Source: Octopus vulgaris
Taxonomy: Eukaryota
Direction of reading: 5' to 3'
NCBI GenBank assembly: GCA_951406725.2
Contig: OX597818.1
Coordinates: 88,164,001-88,228,000 of the forward strand
Length of the DNA stretch: 64,000 bases
Shown here: positions 26,291 to 40,810 of the stretch, piece by piece
Numbering within the stretch: the first letter of the stretch is position 1
How the letters are laid out: the number at the start of each line of letters is the position of its first letter
Notes under the pieces: generated by a model
What the model was told of the DNA's origin: nothing
What the model saw: the letters and a program-made list of their open reading frames with translations, nothing else
Databases searched by the model: none
Program-made: the position numbers and the translations under genes

Positions 26291-26467
26291 TATACAGAGA
26301 AAGGCTTAGTTCATTCAAGTGAAATTTAGTAAATAATCCTTCTAGAAGTTCATAGACTGATGGTACTGAAACAAGGTTGATAACATTACTATGTTTCGGC
26401 AGAGTTCATACATAAGGGTACGGATCTGTCAAAAACCAAAGTGACTTGCATAACCCTTGCAGTAATT

Positions 26468-26690
26468 TGTTTCTGTATTGCCCACAGGGGGCTAAACATA
26501 GAGAGGACAAACAAAGGGATTAAGCCGATTACATCAACCGCAGTGCGTAACAGGTACTTATTTAATCGACCCCGAAAGGATGAAAGGCAAAGTCGACCTC
26601 GGCGGAATTTGAACTCAGAACGTAGCGGCAGACGAAATACCGCTAAATATTTCGCCCGGCTTGCTATGGATTCTGCCAGCTCACCGCCTT
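26468..26690 (-). mobile_element. SINE B with 16-bp TSD
   Basis: AACCCTTGCAGTAATT at 26452-26467 and 26699-26714. An opposite-orientation copy lies at 26862-27160. Confidence 0.88.
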
Positions 26691-27221
26691 ATAGCATCAA
26701 CCCTTGCAGTAATTGCTGTCCCAAAAGACGACGTCAAGCTTTTATGAAATACGCGTTTGGATCAATCAATTCTGTCTCTTGTTAATGTCATTTAAGAGTT
26801 CATTCAATTTTTCTTGCTCCAGTTTCTGTTGACAGTAATTCCGTTTGCAATACCAGTGGAAAGGCGGCGAGCTGGCAGAATTGTTAGCACGCCGGGCGAA
26901 ATGCTTAGCGGGCATTTCGTTCGTCTTTACGTTCTGTGTTCAAATTCCGCCGAGGTCGGCTTTGTCTTTCATCCTTTCGGGGTCGATTAAATAAGTACCC
27001 GTTACGCACTGGGGTCGATGTAATCGACAATCCCTTTGTCTGTCCTTGTTTGTCCCCTCTATGTTTATCCCCCTGTGGGCAATAAAGAAAATACCAGTTA
27101 AGTACTAGTTGACCTATCCCCTCCCTCAGAATTGCTGCCCTTGTGCCAAAATTTCAAACCATCGTTAATGCCAGTGACAAACTGATAAAATTAATCGGAG
27201 ACTACAGCTTTATTTACTGGA

Positions 27222-27380
27222 ATAGAGTACCACAAATATCAACGTATGTGTATAAACCTATCGGAGTACCACAAATAACAAGGTATGTGTAGGGTACTAT
27301 CAGAGTAGAGCACCATTAATATCCAGATGTGTGTATGGGGCTATTGGATAAAGTAATACAAATACGAAAGTAAGTGTACG
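27222..27380. repeat. Degenerate minisatellite, unit of 40-45 bp, four copies
   Basis: GAGTACCACAAATA....GTATGTGTA recurs with increasing divergence. Confidence 0.75.
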
Positions 27381-29236
27381 GGCTTTTTTCAGTTTCTATC
27401 AACTAAATCTGTCCATAAGGCTTTGGTCAGCACAAGACATGCCAAAGATGTCATACCGTGGGACTGAACCCTTCGGGTGGCTATCTCAATGACAATCGAT
27501 AAATTAAATTTTAATGATAACCATTGAATTAATAAAATAAATTTATTTTGTTCAGTGTCACTTATTTGTTATTCTTTCAACTACACAGAATGCTGCAGAT
27601 ACTGCGAGTGTCGAGAAGAGACAAATAAACATAAATCAAGATTTTGTATATAAACGAAAGAATGAGAGATGTTTGCAAAGTTTGTATGCAAAGACGTATG
27701 GAAAAAAATTATCTCCTCACCCCCATGTTTATACATAGTTATATCAAGTAAGAGTCCTTAGAGTGCAAATGAATGCATGTAGGTAGGTTTTTTTGGTATT
27801 TTTTTTTTTTAGTGGAAAAGTTATGCTTAGCTCACACCTTTCATTTGGAAAACCTTTCAATGTCATTTATACCACTAGAATCTATTCAGATGAACACGAG
27901 CATAAATATTAAAAAGAAAAAATTAAAAAGAAATAAAAGAAAAAATTTCTCTGTAAAGACAAAGTGAAGGAGAAATAAGTCACATCATTCAAGCAAATGA
28001 GTCCTTAATGTGCATTGATTTTTTTAAAAATCAGAACATGTGCTAATCACGACTATAGTCACGCTCCAACTCTGATTTCATGACAGCAATATATATTATA
28101 TTACAGAATATTTTAGAATTGAAAAATAATTATTATTTTTCATTTATAAAACTGAGCTGGAGGATAGACTACGCATGGCCGCGAGCAGTATGTTTGACAT
28201 TCCAGGCTAGAGTGTACGTGATGGGTGTGCTTGTCAGTTATATTTTATGCGTGTGAATATAAATATTAGTATGTGTCTCTGATGTAGTTGATGTGTGTGC
28301 TTGCGTAATGTGTGTATGGCGGGCATTGTAATTCGTGCGTAATTCGTGCAAAGCAGCAAGATGATCGATTCATTACAAAGTTAGATTGAAGTATTTTGGT
28401 CAGTTGTTCCTACTCTCTTAGTGTTGTGAGCTCAAACTAAACCGGAATAAATATTGCCGGGGATAGATAAAAAGTGCCAGTCAAGTACTAGTGTCTAATC
28501 TGTCTGACTGACTCGGTTATGTTGCGCTTTGGAAAAGCCTGTAGTACCTTATACAATACACCCTTCCCTGTAAATCTAAGAAGGGTATAGTGAGGCAGAA
28601 ATGACATCATCGTATGGAAAATTTTATAAGCGACCGAGTGCAGGTCAATAATGCACATGCGCAACACAGCATAGATAAGAAATATACAGAATGCTATTAT
28701 TAATTTACGAGCTTGGAAGAAGGTGTAGAGCCTATAGTTCTTGCAGGCATTCCAAGTCTGTTAAGATTGATGACTTCATATTGTGTTTAAATTGCTGTAA
28801 GTCAACACCTGCCGAAAAATGAGAAAAATTTGATTCGTTGCATTGAATTGCTTCAAGTCAGAAGCGTAGAATGTAGCGTCTTCAACTAACTGTATTAACG
28901 ATTATATTATATCTTTTATTTGTTTCAGTCATTGGACTGCGGCCATGCTGGGGCACCACCTTGAGGAATTTTTAGTCGAACAAATCGACCCTAGGACTTA
29001 ATTTTTTTTTTCACTTTTAAACCTGGTACTTATTTTATTGGGTCTCTTTTGCTGAACCGAAAAGTTACAGGGACGTAAACACACCAACACTGGTTGTCAA
29101 GCGGTGGTGCATGACAAACACACACGAGACGAACTTCTTTCATTTTCCATTTACCAAATTCTATTTTATTAACAATCGCAGTGTGTAAGTTTTTTCTTTT
29201 TATTATTTGCATTATATATGCATCATATATTACATA

Positions 29237-29534
29237 CGAGCAAAACGCCCCCCGTCCAATGGATTTTGTGGTATTATTTCAAGCCAGCCAGCTTTTTTTG
29301 CGCAAACTGCACGTGCATTTTTCTCGCGTACGCGTAGTATCGATCGCAACAGCTGATGTACTTGCGCATTAAAATGCACGTTCCCACGGCTTTATCGATC
29401 GCATTCTCACCTGGAATCGATTTTTGCAATACCGTCGGTATCTACAAATCAAATTTGAGCGCAATCGGATGGAGGATGCCCGAGATCCTAGAAGACACAC
29501 ACACACACAGACAGAACGAATTTTATATAATAGA
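29237..29534 (-). mobile_element. Non-autonomous Helitron-like element
   Basis: Minus strand A|TCTATTATATAAAA start, a GTCT/GT microsatellite, and a 3' end ..TTTTGCTCG|T after a weak GC hairpin. Confidence 0.65.
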
Positions 29535-29547
29535 TATACGTCTTATA

Positions 29548-29910
29548 TCTCTCTGTATATAAATGGCAAAATGTCTGCGTGCGTATCCTTTATACAAATC
29601 CACAATTTTTCAGTTAGAGGGCTCACACTTTCTATGGCCATTCAAAACCGTCCAAGGGTGGTCGTGCACATCTTTACATTTCCCCAGTCACCCTGCAAAG
29701 CCATTAAAAAATCAATAGAAGTGACTTTTTGTGAATTCTCTATCCAAAACCCAATCAAAATGCCCGAAACTTGATACGCCAATTGAATGCCGGCTGGCTG
29801 TATGTGATTGGTCGGAGATTTGGACAGTACTCGCGTGTATGTGCGCACGCACGCAGCTGTATATGCATGCACTAGCAGTGTGACCCGGCGTTGCCGGGTC
29901 ACAGTGCTAG
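29548..29910 (+). mobile_element. Non-autonomous Helitron
   Basis: A|TCTCTCTGTATATAAA start, hairpin TGACCCGGC-gtt-GCCGGGTCA, and CTAG|T end. Confidence 0.85.
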
Positions 29911-30099
29911 TACGTAATAAACTATATATTATGTCATTTTATCATTTATTTTTGTTCAGTACGTGATCCCCCGGTCCGTGCTGCTAAAAAGGTTGGGGAC
30001 AGCTGGCCTAATGGATATTGCAAGCATTGAATCTACCTTGGGGGAAAGTGTTACAATTCATGCTAAATGGCACATGACATAAGTTCAGTTATGAAACAG

Positions 30100-30570
30100 T
30101 GAGTAAATGTGTAAAGATAGAAAATGTTTTAAGAAGTGTTAGAAAAAGTCTCTGTCGTGGCTAAATTTATTGGCATTGATAATATTTAAACAGATGATGT
30201 CGATCTGTTGTTGGATAGCCAAGGTGAGCAACTTTTGTACGACAAATTTCAGGAATTAGTTTTCCAACTTGAACAACACGAGGTTGACACACTAGAGGAA
30301 ATCGTAGAAATGGAGGTAATCAGGAAATAAGAAGCAAAATACCAAGAATTCTTTTGTTAAAATTTTGTATTTCATTTGTTGAACACGGTGATAATGATCA
30401 TGATTGGGAAACCGACAATGGCATTCAAACAAGAGTCAACTTAATGTTAAAGTTTTACGATGACATTTTGGAAGAATGAAAGTAGGAAGTCACGCCAGAT
30501 GTCAATACTACAGCGTTTAATAAAGAAGGTTAAAGGAGCCCTCGGAACCCGTCGACCTTCATCAATTTAG
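30100..30570 (+). pseudogene. Decayed Tigger-like transposase C-terminus
   Basis: Interrupted translation VAKFIGIDNI*TDDVDLLLDSQGEQL..ELV and FYDDILEE..RKSRQMSI, resembling Tigger1/TIGD1 C-termini. Confidence 0.5.
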
Positions 30571-31814
30571 GAACCTCCCATTAATGTCGCCGCATTTTGT
30601 TCTTGTCACTTAAAATATCAATGAAGGGACAGAATCATCATCATCATCGTAATCTTTTTAATGTCCACTTAAAAAAAACCCTGCATGGGGCATACAGAAT
30701 TTGTTGAGGTAGAATTTCTATGACAGCATCCCTTTCCTGTTGGCCACTGTCACTAGTTTCCATCCAAGGTTATATTTCCCCATGGCTAGACGGGGAAATG
30801 AACTACACCGCTCACAAGCATCACGTCATAACACTAGCACACATACACACATAGAGCAGTTATTTTACCTCTTAGTCAGGATGGGAGGGCTAGTACCCAT
30901 AATCCCTTTATATTTTCAGGGCATCCAAGACTGGGAAACGGAAGGGAGGGATTTATCCTCAAACCGGATACTTGGCTCGGATTCTTTCTAGAAGGCGCTC
31001 AAAGACCGAATATTGGAGTCAAACAAGACGACAGATGAAATCTACCACCCAAACTGGAACAAATGCCCATAAGGTACTCCTGTCCGACTTTCAACCAATC
31101 CACTGCATTGACGCAATATAAAAAAGCAAGGATAATCATGGAAAATGTTCAACTTAAACCCTAGTGATCCGATATAAATATTGCAAAACATTTTGCCTGG
31201 AGCTCTAACAAGTACACCAAGTCAAAAAAATTAACTCTAATCTGTTCAAGATAGGAAATTGGATAGAGAACATCACAATTTTCTAATATTGCAAGTTATA
31301 AATGTATTTAAATTAATACTGGAAAGAATACTACACGTTACTGCTAGGAATTTGGGACAAATTAATCCAAAAACCTAGACTCGACTAATAATGCGGCATA
31401 CCTACACAAGTGTACTCCACCCCAATCAACTTTGTTTCCTAATACGTTTTGGAAAAGTGGATATTTTTAATGTTTTCTACGAATACTTTTCAGGTGATTT
31501 AGATTCCGATTTAATCGGAATTTATTGTGAATAAATTTTCCGAGTATGGGGAGAGGAGTTTCGGAAAATTTACACGAGTCGACTTTGTTTCCTCATAACT
31601 TTCAGAAAAAACACCTTTCAAATGGTGCAGATTAGAATAACATTGGATTCTAATGTGCGCTGGGGGCGCACACATTATATACTGACACACATTACAATTT
31701 ACAGCCTCGGCATGATTTGAACTCAGTTTATAAGAAGCCGGAGAAAATCACAGTAAAGCAAATGTACCTGACTCTTTAACGATTCTGCCAATCCATCTCT
31801 TATAATAATAATAA

Positions 31815-32420
31815 TAATTTCTACTAAAGGCACGATGTCTGAAATTGTGAGGGAAGGGGGCCAGTCGATTAGATCAGCCCCAGTACGCAGCTGGTACTTA
31901 ATTTATCGACCCCGAAAGGATGAGTGGCAAAGTTGACCTCAGCAAAATTTGAATTCACAACGTAGCGACTGGCGAAATACCTATTTCTTTACTACCCACA
32001 AGGGGATAATCACAGAGAGGGCAAACAAGGAGAGACAAACGGATTAAGTCGATTACATCGACTCCTGTGTTTCACTGGTACTTAATTTATCGACCCCGAA
32101 AGGATGAAAGGTAAAGTCGACCTCGGCGGAATTTGAACTCAGAACGTAACTGCAGATGAAATACCGCTAAGCATTTCGCCCAGTGCGCTAACGATTCTGC
32201 CATAATAATAATAATCCTTTCTACTACAGGCACATGGCCTGACATTTTGGTCGATTATATCGAAACCCCCTCCCCCCAGTGCTCAACAGGTATTTTTTCA
32301 TTGATCTAAGAAGGATAAAAGGCAAAGTTCACCTCGGCGGAATTTGAACTCAGAACGTACAGTCTGACGTAACGCTGCTATGCATTTTGTCCGGCGTGCT
32401 TACGATTCTCCTAATCCGCC
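31815..32420 (-). mobile_element. Tandem chain of SINE B copies
   Basis: Repeated CGACCCCGAAAGGATG..GAACTCAGAACGT units with (TAA)n spacers. Confidence 0.85.
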
Positions 32421-32959
32421 TTCTGATTTCTGCACAAATCAAAGAATTTAAGGGGAAGGAGTTAGACGATACCTCGACCTTAGTATTTGACTGGTAGTGT
32501 ATTTTAATAACCCCGAAGTGATGAAAAACAAAGATCGACCTCACCGCGATTGGAAATCCGTGATAAATAAGGTACAGTTAATAACAACAGGGCGGCATGG
32601 AATGTGAATAGTAAGCACATACATACACACGCACACGGGAATAAAGGCTGTCGCGAACACACGCACATAGAGATACAGCTTACCAGATACCCTTCGCTTG
32701 TCGATGTTTCCATACATGCAATAGCATAACAAAGAATTAATTACGCAAACAAACACACACACACATCCCGAAGGAAAAACCCACACACATACATAGAGTA
32801 AATATAACGAACCAACAATTATGCGTACACACACACACACACATGAAAACATATCTAAACAATTGTAGACATGCTTAGCGAAATCACACACAGACATACT
32901 TTCGTGTTAATACATAACAGAATTATAATTTCTCATAGTGAATTATAATACACAAAAGG

Positions 32960-33196
32960 CTCGGGTTTAGCTGTGTGGTTAAGAAACTTGCTACCTAAAC
33001 ATATGTGGTCTAGGGTTCAGATCCATGTGCAGCACCTTAGGCAAGCTGCTTCTATTATAGCCGTCGCAGGCCGACCAAGGCCTTGTGAGTGGATTTGGTA
33101 TACGGAAACTGAAAAAAAGCTCGTCACCACGGTGTATAATGTGATACGTATATATATCTGTATGCATGTGTGCGTGTGTATATATATATACATACA

Positions 33197-33243
<47 letters not shown>

Positions 33244-33288
33244 ATGTATAAATATATATATGTATATATATATATGTGTGTGTATGTG

Positions 33289-33321
<33 letters not shown>

Positions 33322-33624
33322 ATGTATATATATGTATATATATATATGTATATATATATATGTATATAATATATATATATGTATATGTGCATATATATGC
33401 ATATATATGTATATGTAGCTATATGTGTATATGTATGTGTATATGTATGTATATATATATGAGGCTTTATGCCGAAGACTATAATATATATATATACCCT
33501 TCATTATATATATATATATATATATATGTATAAATATATATATATGTATGCATATATATGCATATATATATATGTATATATGTGTATATATATATGTATG
33601 TATATATATATATGTATGTATATA

Positions 33625-33675
<51 letters not shown>

Positions 33676-33760
33676 ATATATATATGTATATATATATGTA
33701 TGTATATATATATGTATATATATATATGTATGTATATATATATATGTATGTATGTATATA

Positions 33761-33805
<45 letters not shown>

Positions 33806-34055
33806 ATATGTATGTATGTATATATGTATATATGTATACGTGTGTGTGTGTATATGCTGTGTCCTCCACGACCGCTTGACAACCGCTGTTAGTTCCCTTA
33901 ACTTAGCGGTTCGGTAAAAAGACCGATGAAATATGTACCAAGCTTTTTAAAAAGAAATAAATTCTGGAATCGATTCATTCGACTAAAAAAAGTCATTCAG
34001 TGTGGTGCCCCAGCATGGCTGCAGTCTAATGACCGAAACAAGTAAACGACTGAAG
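32960..34055 (+). mobile_element. SINE family A with an internal (TA/TG)n expansion of about 700 bp
   Basis: The 5' half (32960-33125) and 3' half (33865-34055) are separated by an expanded microsatellite at the usual central position. Confidence 0.8.
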
Positions 34056-34869
34056 ACAAAGAATTCTTTGTAACTGACCTTGTGAGAGCTATTTGACCTC
34101 TGGAATGTCAAAGCTCATCACCAGTCTAGCATATCCAAATATTAGCTTTTATCGTAATCCATACTACTGCAGAAGATGCAATGTGCGCGTTGCCCGTATG
34201 TGTATGTATCCTCATAGTGGATTGATTCATGTGCAACTCAGTAAGAAGTTCCAATAGTGCATTTCTTTATTTTCTTTGTTCTTTTCCCTTCCCAAACTCT
34301 GTACTATTTTGGAAAGTATATCGGTGTACCATTTCGTCTCGCACCCTGCTTCGATTTAAGCCCCCAACACTTGCTTCTCGCTATAAGCAGACAAAGTACG
34401 TACACACACACACACACCTCTCGGTCTCTGAAGCACTCTCTCACTTCTGCTAAATGTTGGCTTCAAATTTTGGCACAAAGCCAGCAATTTCGTGGGAGGA
34501 GTTGAATTCGATTACATTGACCCCAGCGCTCAACTGGTACTTATTCTATTGACGCCGAAAGAATGAAAGGCAGAGTCGACCACGTAAATATTAATAAAAG
34601 GATATATATGTATTTGAAAATATAGCCATGAAACGTGCGTAGTCTTTTTACTACTGTTTACTATTTCTTGATTTAAAATAAGTTTTTTTTTATAGAATAT
34701 CTTTTCTATATGGTGTGAATAACATCCTTCTTTATTCAATTGTTTAATAGTGTTTTTTTCTCTAAATTATATATATATATATATATATATAGATACCCAT
34801 ACATACATACACACACACACTCATGGTTTGAGTTCTGTTTTTCCTAATTGCATCATCAAACACGCACAC

Positions 34870-35221
<352 letters not shown>

Positions 35222-35424
35222 GCACACACGTGTGAGTGGGCAAACAAAAGAAAGCAGCACTTAGAACATTTGGTAGGAGCGACATATATTTTTTAAATAA
35301 CAGTTAGCTTCACCTGACTTGTGGGCTTGTCGGACGGACTCATCTCGTCAGATATCTGATGAGATAAGTCCATCCTACTGAGATGAGTCAGATTCTGTGT
35401 GTGTGTGTTTTTGTGCATGTGTGT

Positions 35425-36060
35425 AAGGCGGTGAGCAGACAGAATCTTTAGCACGCCGAGCAAATTGCCTAGTGGCATATCATCCGTCCCGAGTTCAAAT
35501 TCCGCCGAGGCCGACTTTGCTTTTCAACCTTTCAGGGTCGATAAAACAAGTACCAGTGGAGCATTGTGGGTGGGGGTGTCGATGTAATCAACTTACCTCT
35601 CCTCACCGTCCCCCCAAATTGTTAGCCTTGTACCAAAACTTGAAATGTGAGTGAGTGAGTGAGTGAAGGTGGTAAGCTGGCAGAATCGTTAGCACGCCGG
35701 GCGAAATGCTTTGCGGTATTTCGTCTGCCGCTACGTTCTGAGTTCAAATTCCGCCGAGGTCGACTTTGCCTTTCATCCTTTCGGGGTCGATAAATTAAGT
35801 ACCAGTTACGCACTGGGGTCGATTTAAACGACTTAATCCGTTTGTCTGTCCTTGCTTGTCCCCTCTATGTTTAGCCCCTTGTGCGCAATAAAGAAATAAG
35901 AATCGTTAGCAGACCAGGCAAATTGCTGAGCGGCATTTCAGCCGTCTTTACGTTCCGGTTTCAAATGCCATTGGAGTCGAAATTGCCTTTCATCTCTTTC
36001 GTGGATTGGTAAAATAAATACCAGTTGAATACTGGGGGTCTATCTAATCAACTTAGCCGC
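35425..36060 (+). mobile_element. Tandem chain of SINE B copies
   Basis: Three consecutive plus-strand units. Similar clusters lie at 38432-38810 and 50950-51365, with a single minus copy at 43735-43950. Confidence 0.85.
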
Positions 36061-36169
36061 CTTGAAGAATTTAGTCAGGCGACTCGACCTTAGTACTCTT
36101 TAAGTATAGAATCTCTTCTTTCGGTTTCTCTTGCTGATTTACGAGATTGAAGACACTTGTCCAAAGTAC

Positions 36170-36206
<37 letters not shown>

Positions 36207-36209
<3 letters not shown>

Positions 36210-36365
36210 CGTAGGAGTGGCTGTGTGGTAAGTAGCTTTTCTTACGAACCACATGGTTCCAGGTTCAGTCCCACTCCGTGGCACCTTGGGCAAGTGTCTT
36301 CTACTATAGCCTCGGGCCAACCAAAGCCTTGTGAGTGGATTTGGTCGACGGAAACTGAAAGAAGC

Positions 36366-36452
<87 letters not shown>

Positions 36453-36670
36453 TTGTGTGTCTGTGTTGGTCCCCCTCCCACATCACTTGACAACCGATGC
36501 TGGTGTGTTTACGTCCCCGTAACGTAGCGGTTCGGCAAAAGAGCCCAATAGAATAAGTACTAGGCTTACAAAGAATAAGTCCTGGGATCGATTTGCTCGA
36601 CTAAAGGTGGTGCTCCAGCATGGCCACAGTCACATGATCGAAACAAGTAAACGAGTAAAAGGGTAAAGAG
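36207..36670 (+). mobile_element. SINE family A, full length
   Basis: Same head, body and tail as 12529-12942. Confidence 0.9.
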
Positions 36671-36677
36671 ATGTATA

Positions 36678-36906
36678 TAGGGTGGCCCCAAAATAGGTTT
36701 ACAGTTATTCAACTCTTTCGCATTCATATATTAACAGTTTAAATCTTAATTATAAAAAAAATATATGAAACCATTATTGTATACTAATTTAGTTAATTTT
36801 GTCAAGCTCCCTTTTCAGCTTGTAAGAAAGAAATTTAAAGGTAATAAAATGCTTTAAAAGAAATTTAAAGTGCCTACGTGATAACTGTAAACCTGCTTTT
36901 GGGCCA
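36678..36906. mobile_element. Tc1/mariner-type MITE
   Basis: Imperfect TIR TGGCCCCAAAATAGGTTTACAGTTAT / ATAACTGTAAACCTGCTTTTGGGCCA around an AT-rich core. Confidence 0.7.
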
Positions 36907-37760
36907 AATAGGACAGTTTAACATAATAGCAACGATACATATTGTTTTACATATTGTTTTACTTGTTTCAGTCATTTGACTGAGGCCATGCTGGAGCACT
37001 GCCCTGGAGGGTTTTCGTCAAAGAATTGGGACTTTTTTTTTCTTAAGCCTAGCACTTTTGCCGAACAGCTAAGTTACATGAACGTAAACGCACCAACACC
37101 AGTTGTCAATCGGTAGTGTGGGAGGGGACAAATATAGACACAACATCACTCCTGGAAGGAACACCATTCCATCGCAGGGTATTGCTCGTTTATAGAAGAG
37201 TGAACTAGAATAACGTCAAGTGAAGTGTTTTCGTCATGAGAGCAACGCAGCGTCCAGTCAGGGAATCGAAACCGCAATGTTGCAATTATAAGTGCAACAC
37301 ACTAACCACTAGATACAACTCAGATTTGCCAGCTGGAGCAACGTGAAATAAAGTGTAAAACTCAAGGGCATAAACGCGCCGCCAGGAATCGAACTTGCGA
37401 CCTTACGATCGTGAGACGTGTACCCTAACCACTAAGCCACGAAGGTAAAAATAAAATTATTCAACAACTTTCAACAGAACATTGTCCCTTCATAATTTTT
37501 GGAAGTGCCCATTATGCATACATCATTTCAGTAAATACCTCTGAAGTAAGAGGATCACTACATGGTCAGTCACAGAGCCTGCAAGAAATAGCAGTCAAAT
37601 TTCCATCAAACCACATGCTATTTAAAAAATATAAAAGATAACGTTGTTCTAAATACATTATGGCTGATTAAAAGATGATGCTAACAGGTGGAAAATCGAT
37701 GAGGTGTCTATATCATCTATAATCAAGACTGATAAATATTTTATATCTATTACAAGCTTC

Positions 37761-38077
37761 GGAGGCGCAATGGCCCAGTAGCTAGGGCAGCGGACTCGCG
37801 GTCGGAGGATCGCGGTTTCGATTCCCAGACCGAGCGTTGTGTGTGTTTATTGAGCGAAAACACCTAAAGCTCCACGAGGCTCCGGCAGGGGGTGCTGGCG
37901 ACCCCTGTTGTACTCTTTCGCCCCAACTTTCTATCACTCTTTCTTCCTGTTTCATGAGTAACGCTGCGATGGACTGGCGTCCCATCCAGCTGGGGGTGGG
38001 GAACACATACGCCATAGAAACTGGGAAACCGGGCCCATGAGCCTGGCTAGGCTTGAAAAGGGCGCATAAATAAAAAA
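37761..38077 (+). mobile_element. tRNA-derived SINE family C (possibly octopus OR-type), full length
   Basis: GGAGGCGCAATGGCCCAG..GACTCGCGG..GGTTTCGATTCCC head with 12-bp TSD ATTACAAGCTTC (37749-37760, 38078-38089). Confidence 0.88.
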
Positions 38078-39259
38078 ATTACAAGCTTCAGTCACTGGAC
38101 AGCGGCCAGGGCGGGACACAGCTTTTAAGTTTTTTCTTTTTTTTTTACGTTTGATACGACTTTTGTCACAGGGATGTAAACGAACCAACACTGGTTGTCA
38201 AGCGGTAGAGCAACACAAATTTAAACACACACACTGGACGGGATTCCATACAGTTTCTGACTACCAAATTCACTCACAAAGCATTAGTCTACTTTAGCCC
38301 TGGGTTATGGTAGAAGACACTTAACCACGGTGCCGCACAGTAGGACCGAACCTCATAGCACGTAGTTGCAAAATGAACTTCTTCGAAAACCCTTGAAATG
38401 TGTAATGTAATATCGATATTACCGTTGTATTAGGCGGCGAGCTGGCAGAATCGGTAAGCGCGTCGGACAAAATGCTTCGCAGAATTTCGTCCGTTTTTAT
38501 GGTCTGAGTTCAAATTTCGTCCTTCTGGATTTGATGAAATAAGAACCAGTTGAACACTGGGGTGCCGAAGTTTAAAACCTGTAATACCATTCTATAAGGT
38601 GGCGAGCTGGCAGAATCGTTAGCACGCCCGACATATTGTTTAGCGGCATTTCGTCTGTCTTTACGGTATGAGTTCAAATTCCGCCGAGGTCGATAATGAC
38701 TTTCATCCCTTCAGGGTCAATAAAATATGTACTAATAGAGCATTGGGTTCGATGTAATCAATTTGCACCCCTACTCTAAAGTTTCAAGCCTTGTGCTCAT
38801 GCTAGAAAGGATATTACTAAAGTGCAAAATCACAACTACTCCATAGCTTCGATACCAATTCCATAACATATCCAGCGTATAAGAATTAATAAACAGCTAA
38901 AACCATTATACTTTTAAAATTACTCAGACACACACACACAGAGGTTGATGTTTCTATATCAGAGCCAGCAAGTGCTTTGGCTTCCAGTGAAAACGTTCCA
39001 TTTAGAAGCAAACAATCACAGCTCATAGTAACATTTTCATGGCGATGATCAGTTTGTAACAAACAGTACACCGTCGAAGCATTCACACTTTTACAACCCT
39101 GCGCACACGCACGCATGTACACGCTCTCTCTCTCAAACAAACACACACACAAAGTAGGCAGAATGAGTTATATCAGAAATTGTAGTTAACTAGGCCAACA
39201 GTGCGGACTATAAGATGCTCTGGGGCATTATTGTTCGGAAAATCGGTATTACATGTGTG

Positions 39260-39389
39260 TACGCGTGTTTGTCTATGAAAAGACTTGAGCCTCAAAAAAA
39301 CAAAACATGGTACAAGAATTCTGATGAAGATACAAGACTTCAAGATTCAAAGGCCTTGAAGGCTCAAAACTTTTCATACACCTCTTGTA
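39260..39389. mobile_element. Decayed mariner-type MITE
   Basis: TATGAAAAGACTTGAGCC / GGCTCAAAACTTTTCATA inverted ends. Confidence 0.5.
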
Positions 39390-39439
<50 letters not shown>

Positions 39440-39754
39440 AGAACATATATACACAAACACACACACAAGAACCCACAAGAGTAAACAAGAGGGAGAAACA
39501 GGCAGAAACAAGGAAAATGCCACTTGTATTTGAACACTATACAAATATTCTTTTTAAAAACATTCTTTTAAAAAAATTGTTTTCCATACAGTTGAAAAAG
39601 TTTCAATGATTGAAACTAGTACTGAAATGTTTTTTATAAAATTATTTTAGCATTTTCTATCGTGACTTTTTTTCCCATAAATATATATACACTTCTAGAC
39701 TGCCTGTAGAAAATGTGTGTTCGCGTGTGTATAATACACACACACACACTTTCT

Positions 39755-40776
39755 ACAATAAGAAGGTGTGAAAGTTTTGTGGAAGGAATAAATCGATTAC
39801 ATTGGCCCCCAGTACTCCACTGGTACTGAACGTATCGACCCAGAAAGGATGGAAGATAAAGTTGACCTCGGCAGAATTTTGATCTAGAACGTAAAGTCAG
39901 AAGAAATGCCGCTAAGCATTTTGTCCGGTGCTAAAATAATTCTAATAACCAAACGATAAAAGAAAAGGGAAAAAGAAAGCAACGGCAATAATAATAATAA
40001 TCCTTTCAGCTAAAGGCACAAGGCCTGAAATTTGGAAGGAAGGGACTAGTTGATTGCATTGACTCCAGTTTCACTGGTACTTAATTTATCGACCCCGAAA
40101 AGATGAAAGGGAATGTTAACCTCGGCGGAATTTGAACTTAGAACGTAGCGATGAGCGAAATGCCGCTAAGCATTACGTCCAGCATGCTAACGAATCTACC
40201 AGCTCACCGTTTAAACAACAATCATAATAATCTTTTCTACTGGAGGCAAAAGGCCTCAAATTTTGAGGGGCGGGGGCGGAGTGACTGGGCGATTACATCG
40301 ATTCCAGTATTTTACTGGTACTTAATTTATTGACCTCGAAAGGACCAGAGGCAAAGTCGGCTTTGACACAGGGCCAGCAAATTTCGGGGTAAGTCGATTA
40401 CATCGACCCCTGTGTTCAGCTGGTACTTATTTTATCGAACCTGAAAGGATGAAAGTGAAAATCGACCTCTGTTGAATTCGAGCTCAGAACATAGAGACAG
40501 ACGAAATGCCGCTAAGCATTTTGCCCAGAATGCTAACGATTCTGCCAGCTCGCCGCTTTAGCAACAATTATAATAATGATTTCACATTTTGGCACAAGGC
40601 CAGCAATTGTGAGGGAGGGGTAAGTCAATTGGTACTTAAATTAGCGACCACGAAAGGATGAAAGGCAAAGATGACCTGGGCGGAATTTGAACTTAGAACG
40701 TAAAGACGGACGATATACCGCAACACATTTTGTTCGGCAAGATAACGTTTCTGTCAGCTCGCCGCCTTAATAATGC

Positions 40777-40810
<34 letters not shown>

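Noticed and set aside
37761-37835. SINE heads as genuine tRNA genes
   Set aside because: Poor cloverleaf, continuous with SINE bodies and flanked by TSDs.
39321-39370. CTGATGA followed by a hairpin
   Set aside because: No GAAA or stem I; lies inside a mariner-type MITE.
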